Assembly: GCA_964647565.1 (NCBI GenBank)
Contig: CAZYIM010000035.1
Coordinates: 1 to 25,268 of the forward strand
Direction: 5' to 3'
DNA from: an uncultured Methanosarcinales archaeon
GTDB taxonomy: Archaea; Nanobdellota; Nanobdellia; Woesearchaeales; CAZYIM01
DNA length: 25,268 bases
The position numbers and the translations under genes were made by a program. This document shows, in pieces, positions 18,792-25,268 of the stretch; positions within the stretch are counted from its first letter, which is position 1; the number at the start of each line of letters is the position of its first letter. The notes beneath the pieces were generated by a model that was given only the letters and a program-made list of their open reading frames with translations, did no database searches and was not told the DNA's origin.

Positions 18792-20240
18792 TTACATGGT
18801 CATGCTTTCAGAATAATACATATGGAAATAGCCCAGCATATACCAAACATCCAATCCTGTCATTAATCCTTTTGTAATATATACAATCAGGTTTATGAAA
18901 TACCTGTGCTTCTCTTTTTTTATGATCCTGATAATTCTTCTGAGCATAAAGTAAGCGTACACTTTTTTATGGAATTTTTCTACATAACTGGTGGTCAGGT
19001 CATTGCTTTCAATGGTTGCCCCAAACGTAAAGTTATCAATGGCAAGGCTTCTTTTTTGATCGACAATACTTTGCTCATTTTGGATTTTTTTCAGGACTTC
19101 AGTTGTAGGTAAAGGTGTGAAAATAAAAAATGCAGGTCTTTCCAAATCTAGATCCTTGGCCAGCTGAAAGGTCTTGTTAAGAGTCTTTTTTGATTCGCCA
19201 GGTCCTCCAAGCATGAAATACCCTGTAACTGCAATTTTATATTTTTTACATATATTCACTATTTGTTTTACCTGCGATGTTGAGATTTTTTTTTCATAGA
19301 CTTCGTTACGAATTCGTTCATCACCTGCTTCTATGCCAATCCTGACTATTTTACATCCACCTTCTGCAAGTGTTTTAATTTTATCTTCATCTAAGTTATC
19401 TGATCTTGCAAAAACAGAAAATGGAAGTTTTCTTGCAAGACCTAGTCTCTTATACTCATCACAGAATTCAGTCATCCATTTTCGATCAAAGGTGAAAACA
19501 GGATCGAAAAGTTGGGCAAGCCTAAATCCCTTGTTTTTATACTTATCCCATTGGTGTTTTATCTCTTTGGCATAATTTCTGGCGCTTTTTGCCCTGAAAT
19601 ATTTTCCAGGAACAGCGTTTCGTATGGACTGTTCACCACAGTATGTACAGTTATATGGACACCCTTTCATACCAACGAAATATATCATGCCCAAAAAGAA
19701 GAAGTATTTGTTCAAATCCTTCCATCTATTCCAGTCAGGGATTGGAAGCTCATCAAGATCCTTGATCCTCTCCATTAAGGGGTTTTTAATTATTTTTTGG
19801 CCGTCCTTATACCAGATACCCTTAACTTTGATTGGTTTTTCACCCTTTTCTATACAATCAAGATACTCACTTAGAGCATATTCTCCTTCACCTATACAAA
19901 CAGCATCAAATTCAGGCAGTATAAGGGTTTCTGCGGGTAAAAGCGTTGGATGCCATCCGCCCAGGATAATCTTAATGTCTTTCCTTTTCTTGATTTCCCT
20001 TGCTATCTTTCTCGCATAAGGGACATAGAGAGAACTAGATCCAATACCAATCACATCTGGGTTGCTCTTTCGTATGGTTTGCCACAGATGCTTTTTCCAG
20101 TTCTTTCGCTGGAAGGTAAAATCAAGGATTCTGGCCTCGTGTTTGGTTTTCTCATTTATAAAGGTTGCAAGAGCTGTTAAGCCGATGCACATAGCTGAGA
20201 AATCCCCTCCCAACGTTGGATTCACCAACAAAATCTTCAT
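18792..20240 (-). CDS. Cobalamin-binding radical SAM protein
   Basis: MKILLVNP, GGWHPT, GEGE, GCPYNCTYC, IGIEAGD, FMLGGPGES. Confidence 0.92.
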   Translation of the reverse strand: MKILLVNPTLGGDFSAMCIGLTALATFINEKTKHEARILDFTFQRKNWKKHLWQTIRKSNPDVIGIGSSSLYVPYARKIAREIKKRKDIKIILGGWHPTLLPAETLILPEFDAVCIGEGEYALSEYLDCIEKGEKPIKVKGIWYKDGQKIIKNPLMERIKDLDELPIPDWNRWKDLNKYFFFLGMIYFVGMKGCPYNCTYCGEQSIRNAVPGKYFRAKSARNYAKEIKHQWDKYKNKGFRLAQLFDPVFTFDRKWMTEFCDEYKRLGLARKLPFSVFARSDNLDEDKIKTLAEGGCKIVRIGIEAGDERIRNEVYEKKISTSQVKQIVNICKKYKIAVTGYFMLGGPGESKKTLNKTFQLAKDLDLERPAFFIFTPLPTTEVLKKIQNEQSIVDQKRSLAIDNFTFGATIESNDLTTSYVEKFHKKVYAYFMLRRIIRIIKKEKHRYFINLIVYITKGLMTGLDVWYMLGYFHMYYSESMTM

Positions 20241-20263
20241 TGTCGAGGAGTAGTATTTCCGCC

Positions 20264-20277
20264 TATATAAACTTTAT
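20264..20277 (-). promoter_or_regulatory. BRE+TATA promoter, probably leaderless, for the B12-RS pair
   Basis: Minus strand ATAAAG-TTTATATA, 23 nt before ATG 20240, no SD. Shares AAAGTTTATATA with the 3416-3429 promoter. Confidence 0.65.
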
Positions 20278-20327
20278 TTTTTTCTTTAGTTGAAATTGAA
20301 TAATCTCTTGATTAATCTGATCATACA

Positions 20328-20341
20328 GAAAAATATTTAAG
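20328..20341 (+). promoter_or_regulatory. Candidate BRE+TATA promoter for the GT-C/SPASM operon
   Basis: GAAAAA-TATTTAAG upstream of ATG 20385. Confidence 0.45.
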
Positions 20342-20384
20342 CATTGTATTAATTGTTAAGAAGGGGGTATGTTATATTATATTA

Positions 20385-22091
20385 ATGAAAAAGAAAAATT
20401 TAGTCTGGACAGTCAGTATTTTATTACTCCTGGTAATTTTATTTATTAGATTCTTGTCTATTAATGACCTTGATTGGAGTCGTTTATCAGACCTAAGTCA
20501 ACATTTTATTATGTATTATTATATTTACATATTATTATTACATCTTGGGCTTATAGTATTATTTATCGTACTTAACTTCAAGAAAATTGTAGTTCAGTTC
20601 AGTACGATTAAAAATAAAACCTGGATATTTTTAATCCTGATTTTTATTTTTGCAATTGTTTTACGTTTCACTCTTTCTCCTATGGCTGATTCATATCAAT
20701 CTGCAGGTGGAGAGTATATGTTGAGTGCAAAAAGCATCTTGGTCCATCATAGGTATATAGGTTGTGATGAAGGAGGATTCTATAATTGCAAGCAAGAGAT
20801 TACACCTCCCCATCCGGGAGGATATCCTGTTCTTTTAAGTTTCTTTTATATGACATTTGGTGCTAGCCTCCAAACAACCCTTATTTTCAATATTTTATTC
20901 GGGGCCCTCACAACTACAGTTGTGTTCCTGTTATTCTATCTTCTATTCAGGGACGAGATAGGTGCCCTTTTTGCTGCTTTAATATTGGCGATACTTAAGT
21001 CACATATCGTATTTTCAGGGACTGCTGAAGCGACAGTTCTTAACTTGTTTTTCATCACCCTGACATTTTTCTTGTTAATCCTTTCTTTGAAAATCAAAAG
21101 TTATAAAATTTACACTCTTTTTCTACTTTTATTATTTTATTCTGTTCATATCAAGACAGAAAATCTGCTCATATTCCCCTTTATAGCGGTCTTTTTGTAT
21201 TTGTTTAGGGAAGAGCCAAAAGAGCTGAATTCAAGGAAATTACTCAGGATACAGAAGAAAGAATCCCCTTTTTTTAAGATATCAATTCTGATATTATTAT
21301 TCTTATTATTTAGTGTTTCTTTTTTCATAATCTACCAAAGCAACAATCCAGCTTTCAGATCAGATGATAAAGAAACCATGCTCTCTCTCGGCCTTTTTAA
21401 TAGAGATAAGCATCTGTTCCTGAATGAGTTAGGTAGATTTACCATTCCGTTTATTTTATTGCTGGGCTGTGGTTTTATTTTCTGGAAAACACATAAAAAT
21501 AAGATTCTTTTTTTAATTATCTGGGCCTTATCTTTCGGTCTGTTCTACACTTCTTATTATGTTGATGATATTCAACGATATATCCTTACTGCTTATTCAA
21601 GCTTTGCAATCTTGATTGGGTTAGGCATATCTAATATCCTCAATTTTGTTAAAAAAAAGAAATTGGTTTCTACTAAGCTAGTCATCGCTTTATTATTTAT
21701 TATATTCATTGTCTATCTGATAAAAGTTAAACCTGTTTCGGATGGTATGATATCGGAAATCGGTTCTGCTGTTGAAGCGTTACCAAAATCTAGTTATATC
21801 CTTGTGGCCAACTGGAATGACAAACAAGTCGCTCAATTTTTATCTTCAAAGGATCAAACAATATTATCTGCTGATTATATTCGGAAGTTAAATCCGTCTC
21901 AATTAGAACAACTTATTCAGGGAAAAAGAAAAATTTTCTTCCTTAAATCTACTGGCCGTTGTTTTACTTCCCAGAGTAAAGACTGCGAATATTTTGAAGA
22001 ATTATTCAATTTAAAAGAAATAGACCTAATATCCTCGAAGAAATATGATCTTAATTCTTTAACCATCTATGAAATTGAGGGATTGAAATGA
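20385..22091 (+). CDS. GT-C fold membrane glycosyltransferase, paralog 6
   Basis: 568 aa polytopic. LRFTLSP..GGEY, HPGGYP, AE and KTE motifs, QRY, Cys pairs in the first loop and C-terminal domain. Confidence 0.83.
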   Translation: MKKKNLVWTVSILLLLVILFIRFLSINDLDWSRLSDLSQHFIMYYYIYILLLHLGLIVLFIVLNFKKIVVQFSTIKNKTWIFLILIFIFAIVLRFTLSPMADSYQSAGGEYMLSAKSILVHHRYIGCDEGGFYNCKQEITPPHPGGYPVLLSFFYMTFGASLQTTLIFNILFGALTTTVVFLLFYLLFRDEIGALFAALILAILKSHIVFSGTAEATVLNLFFITLTFFLLILSLKIKSYKIYTLFLLLLFYSVHIKTENLLIFPFIAVFLYLFREEPKELNSRKLLRIQKKESPFFKISILILLFLLFSVSFFIIYQSNNPAFRSDDKETMLSLGLFNRDKHLFLNELGRFTIPFILLLGCGFIFWKTHKNKILFLIIWALSFGLFYTSYYVDDIQRYILTAYSSFAILIGLGISNILNFVKKKKLVSTKLVIALLFIIFIVYLIKVKPVSDGMISEIGSAVEALPKSSYILVANWNDKQVAQFLSSKDQTILSADYIRKLNPSQLEQLIQGKRKIFFLKSTGRCFTSQSKDCEYFEELFNLKEIDLISSKKYDLNSLTIYEIEGLK

Positions 22092-23125
22092 AAGGTACAC
22101 TTACATTCTTATATAGGATATATAAAAGTCACAAGACTGGCAGTCCATATAAAATCAATTTTGCAATCACCTCTAGCTGCAATTCAAGATGTAAACATTG
22201 TAATGTATGGAAAAAGCAGACTAGAGAAAAAGAACTTTCATTTATAGAGATTGACGAACTATTCAAAAAACTACCTTCGACAATACAATGGCTGAGTATT
22301 AGTGGGGGAGAACCCTTTATGCGGAGTGATCTTGATAAAATAATTATTTCTGCAGAAAAAAATATCAAATCACTTAAACTCATTAGCATAATTACAAATG
22401 GTTTAGACAAAGAAAAAATATTGTCTGTATTAAAGAATATCAAGAAGGTCAAGATTGATGTATTTATGATGTTTAGTTTGGACGGGCCCGAGAAAGTCCA
22501 CGATAAAATAAGAGGCATTAATGGAGCGTTTAAGAAAACTTGGAGTAATTATATCCTTTCTAAAAAAATCTTGAAGAAGAATAAAAATTTTAATGTGGGC
22601 TTGGAAACAACCATTTCTGATTTGAATATACTCTCGGTAAAAAGTTTCATCACAAGACTGTCAAAGAATGGCCATAAATTGACACTCACAATAGCACATA
22701 ATGCTTCTTTATATAAAAATGAAAATGATAATATCTTATTGGATGACAATGCTGCGCATTTTTTACCATCAATTATATCTGAAAAAGTAAAACATATTAA
22801 CTTATTGAAACCGAACGAGATTATCGAGTACTTTTATCTTGAAAAAACCCCGTCATATCTTAAAAACAGACAGAATATGGTGCTGCCCTGTGTTGCTCTA
22901 AAGGTTTCGCTGGCTATAAATCCCTATGGTGACGTTATTCCTTGTTTTATGTGGGATGAACCACTTGGTAATCTACGAGATTTTGATTATAATTTGTCAG
23001 AAGTCTGGAATAATAATAAAAGGAGGGATGCCAGAAAAATAATTGTTAATGAAAACTGTCCAAATTGCTGGACTCCTTGCGAGGCTTACCAGACTTTAAT
23101 TGCTCGATTATTTTTATTTAAATAA
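22088..23125 (+). CDS. Radical SAM protein with C-terminal SPASM/twitch Fe-S domain
   Basis: CNSRCKHC, SGGEP, SLDGP..HD..RG, C-terminal C..(NPYGDVIPC)..LGNL..CPNCWTPC. ATGA-coupled to the GT-C. Confidence 0.9.
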   Translation: MKGTLTFLYRIYKSHKTGSPYKINFAITSSCNSRCKHCNVWKKQTREKELSFIEIDELFKKLPSTIQWLSISGGEPFMRSDLDKIIISAEKNIKSLKLISIITNGLDKEKILSVLKNIKKVKIDVFMMFSLDGPEKVHDKIRGINGAFKKTWSNYILSKKILKKNKNFNVGLETTISDLNILSVKSFITRLSKNGHKLTLTIAHNASLYKNENDNILLDDNAAHFLPSIISEKVKHINLLKPNEIIEYFYLEKTPSYLKNRQNMVLPCVALKVSLAINPYGDVIPCFMWDEPLGNLRDFDYNLSEVWNNNKRRDARKIIVNENCPNCWTPCEAYQTLIARLFLFK

Positions 23126-23142
23126 AATTAATAATAAATAAA

Positions 23143-23157
23143 CGAAAAGTATAAAAA
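23143..23157 (+). promoter_or_regulatory. BRE+TATA promoter
   Basis: CGAAAAG-TATAAAAA upstream of a GGGGGTGA SD and ATG 23192. Confidence 0.6.
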
Positions 23158-23191
23158 CTAAGGATTTATAATCTAGGAAAGGGGGGTGAAA

Positions 23192-23776
23192 ATGGCAAAA
23201 AAACGTAAATCATCAGCTAGAAAGACCTCAGTAAAAAAATCTCCGACTAAGACTAAAAGAAGAAAAACGAGGTCTAAACCAAAAAAGAAAAACATGTTCT
23301 CAGCATCCAATATAATCTTGGGAGTGATTATCCTGGTCCTGGTTATCAGCCTATTTGTAGATTTCTCAAAAAAAATGCAAGATGGCTTTACGCCAGATGA
23401 TGGAGCGACCTGTCCTCAGGACATACCTGGCATAGTGGTCACTAATGTTGCTTATGGGAAAGGCGATACTTTTTTCGACCCAGATAGATGTTTTGGTGAA
23501 GAAGAGGTTGAAGGTAATGCAACAGTCTCCTTGACAGTTATCAATCGAGGGGAAAAACAGATTACGATCTCAGCCCTGCAAGTAAATCCTATACATCTGG
23601 GACAATCAGAACAAAGGGATATTGATGATATTGTGGTTAAACCTGGAGAGAGAAACGATGTAGTCTTATCTTTGGAAAGCTGTGATATCCATAAGTTGGA
23701 TCTTTTAACCTACGATCCTTGTGATGTAATCCGGATTTGGCACGATCATATTGGTCATGACTATGATTGTGAATAA
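23192..23776 (+). CDS. Single-pass membrane protein: basic cytoplasmic tail, TM helix, acidic Cys-containing extracellular beta-rich (Ig/CARDB-like) domain
   Basis: Start placed at ATG 23192 after GGGGGTGA (the track uses GTG 23186). K/R/S/T-rich N-terminus, IILGVIILVLVISLFV helix, VSLTVINRG..VKPGE pattern, 5 Cys, NAT sequon. Confidence 0.75.
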   Translation: MAKKRKSSARKTSVKKSPTKTKRRKTRSKPKKKNMFSASNIILGVIILVLVISLFVDFSKKMQDGFTPDDGATCPQDIPGIVVTNVAYGKGDTFFDPDRCFGEEEVEGNATVSLTVINRGEKQITISALQVNPIHLGQSEQRDIDDIVVKPGERNDVVLSLESCDIHKLDLLTYDPCDVIRIWHDHIGHDYDCE

Positions 23777-23781
23777 ATTAA

Positions 23782-23793
23782 TTTTCTTTTTTT
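23782..23793 (+). terminator. Possible archaeal oligo(T) terminator
   Basis: TTTTCTTTTTTT just after the stop at 23776. The next ATG is only 9 nt later, so the call is uncertain. Confidence 0.3.
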
Positions 23794-23801
23794 GATGTTC
23801 A

Positions 23802-25268
23802 ATGAAAAATATTTCCAAATATAAACTTTTTTTATTAATTATTATAGTTTTATTGCTGATTAAACTAGTATTCTACAAAGGTTCTTTATTTTCTGGAAAA
23901 GATTACTACGATCCCTCAACCTTGAATCAATTCCTTTTTTCTGGAAGTGAAATCAACTATCCTGGGAGGATATCGGCTAAGCCTGATAGCCAGAACTTTG
24001 CTGAGAGTTTTGAGCTGAAACAACATTCCCCTGATTATGAGTTCCGTCTTTTGCATGTGATACTTTATGACTCTAAATATGAAAGTTATATCGATACAGA
24101 AACGTTCCAGATAAGACTTGAACAACTAAGCAGGATTTTCTATCGAGAGTCATTAGGCAAGATCAATTTTTCAACTGAATTGGTTTTTCTTGACATAAAA
24201 AATATAGGCTTAAAAGAGTTAGACTATTCTAAATATGAGGTATACCAATGGCTACATATCTTGGATGATTATTATAAATTCCATAAAGATTACAATGTCC
24301 TGATTTTTTCACCTGTTGCAGATATGAGCTGGTGTGACGACTCCCATTCCATAGGCTATAATATTCGAGATAAAATAATGATCTGCCAGGAATACTCCAG
24401 TCCATATTCAGATGAAGAAAACCGGCGCTTTATTGCTCTTGCAGCCCATAAGATCAGTCATGGAATGGGTTATAACCATATTGACCAGGATAATGTGCAG
24501 ATGATCATCATGGATTGGTATATGGGGCTTCCTGAGACTAATGGCTTGCCGTTTTCATCTTTTTCAAGGTTCCCCGGTCTTTTCTTTAATAAGCATTTTT
24601 ATCAAGTGCTTGAATTGATTCCTTCTCAAGTAACAGAATTTCCTTGTTTGGATAGCAATGGATTTATTTGTAAAAAGAAAAACGTGAAGTATTGTGAGAA
24701 TGCTTGGGGTGCCTATTGTTCAGATTCTGACCGAGATGGGATATCTGATGAAGATGATGACTATTTTCTTACACCTCCCGGATCAAAAACCAATCAAGAT
24801 GAAGATTCGGACGGGATCCCTGATGATTTAGATCTCTGTCCATGGAATGATATTGTGTTGACTGGAAATCTGGATGAAGATAAATTCATATCTGTTATCG
24901 ATGCAGGGAAACAGGAGTTGACAATTAAGAGTTCGTTGAATATAACGCAAGTTGAGATTCTTCCCTTAAAAAATAATAATGGGTTTTGGTACTTTTCAGA
25001 AGATGACTCTAGGAATTTCGATGAGACTGTCTTTCAAATAAACGCATATGGGAATAATTTTTGGAGGGTCAGGATACATTATGTTCATGAAGGAAAAGAA
25101 TATGCTAAACCCATCTACCTGGCTACTGATTCGATGTCGCATATCAATTATTTTTATGAGGATGAATGGTATTATTTTAATCGTTTCGGTTGTGATGTTC
25201 CTTTGGCTATCGACTTGAATAAAAGTAGCTCATATGACCTTGATTATGACGGATTTCGGGACTCAGAC
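23802..25268 (+). CDS. Membrane-anchored/secreted protein with metzincin-like Zn motif (HKxxHxxGxxH) and TSP3-like Ca-binding repeats; partial, runs off the right edge (not in ORF track)
   Basis: Manual translation open for 489 codons: MKNISKYKLFLLIIIVLLLIKLVFY (signal/anchor) ... AAHKISHGMGYNH ... MIIMDW ... DSDRDGISDEDD ... DEDSDGIPDDLDLCP ... DLDYDGFRDSD. Confidence 0.85.
   Translation, partial: MKNISKYKLFLLIIIVLLLIKLVFYKGSLFSGKDYYDPSTLNQFLFSGSEINYPGRISAKPDSQNFAESFELKQHSPDYEFRLLHVILYDSKYESYIDTETFQIRLEQLSRIFYRESLGKINFSTELVFLDIKNIGLKELDYSKYEVYQWLHILDDYYKFHKDYNVLIFSPVADMSWCDDSHSIGYNIRDKIMICQEYSSPYSDEENRRFIALAAHKISHGMGYNHIDQDNVQMIIMDWYMGLPETNGLPFSSFSRFPGLFFNKHFYQVLELIPSQVTEFPCLDSNGFICKKKNVKYCENAWGAYCSDSDRDGISDEDDDYFLTPPGSKTNQDEDSDGIPDDLDLCPWNDIVLTGNLDEDKFISVIDAGKQELTIKSSLNITQVEILPLKNNNGFWYFSEDDSRNFDETVFQINAYGNNFWRVRIHYVHEGKEYAKPIYLATDSMSHINYFYEDEWYYFNRFGCDVPLAIDLNKSSSYDLDYDGFRDSD
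24723..24842 (+). repeat. Two thrombospondin type-3-like DxDxDGxxD calcium-binding repeats (a third begins at 25236)
   Basis: In-frame DSDRDGISDEDD and DEDSDGIPDDLDLCP. Confidence 0.75.

Noticed and set aside
3693..20240. Specific names for the B12-RS genes (hpnJ/hpnP, bchE, grsA/B, miaB/rimO)
   Set aside because: There is no hopanoid, chlorophyll or lipid-synthesis context, and no N-terminal UPF0004 Cys motif or TRAM domain. Motifs support only the family-level call.
20361..20449. Small out-of-frame ORF starting at ATG 20369 after GGGGGT
   Set aside because: The SD-to-ATG spacing is too short, it overlaps the GT-C start, and the peptide has no recognisable features.
137..22091. GT-C proteins as oligosaccharyltransferase AglB/STT3
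   Set aside because: None has the C-terminal WWDxG motif, and they are shorter with a PMT_2/ArnT-like layout.
90..24125. Short (60-131 aa) ORFs in the track overlapping the long genes, e.g. 318-596, 2603-2935, 8083-8424, 11332-11700, 19624-20019, 22129-22518, 23916-24125
   Set aside because: They are antisense or out-of-frame shadows of well-supported CDSs, with no motifs or expression signals. 23916-24125 lies opposite the real 23802-25268 ORF.
1..25268. Alternative genetic code (TGA read-through as in Gracilibacteria/SR1) or selenocysteine
   Set aside because: TGA ends full-length genes at coupled ATGA junctions, and no long ORF is interrupted by TGA.

Overview
AT-rich, densely coding prokaryotic window with standard TGA stops. 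BRE+TATA promoters, apparently leaderless starts and GGTGA-type Shine-Dalgarno motifs point to an archaeon; a DPANN/Woesearchaeota-like host is an inference. The window is one cell-surface modification locus. It holds six paralogous GT-C-fold (PMT/ArnT-like) membrane glycosyltransferases, six cobalamin-binding radical SAM proteins (one cut by the left edge), two NodU/CmcH/TobZ-family carbamoyltransferases, one LPG-synthase-TM (AglD/MprF-like) putative flippase and one radical SAM/SPASM-twitch enzyme. Two membrane-anchored extracellular proteins follow. The second runs off the right edge, is missing from the ORF track, and has a metzincin-like motif with Glu replaced by Lys plus TSP3-like Ca-binding repeats. 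Other signals read from the DNA: a 133-bp MITE-like element with IS903-like ends, a 27-bp promoter present twice at identical spacing to ATG, and a 1-nt frameshift truncating one radical SAM gene. No rRNA, tRNA or CRISPR was seen.
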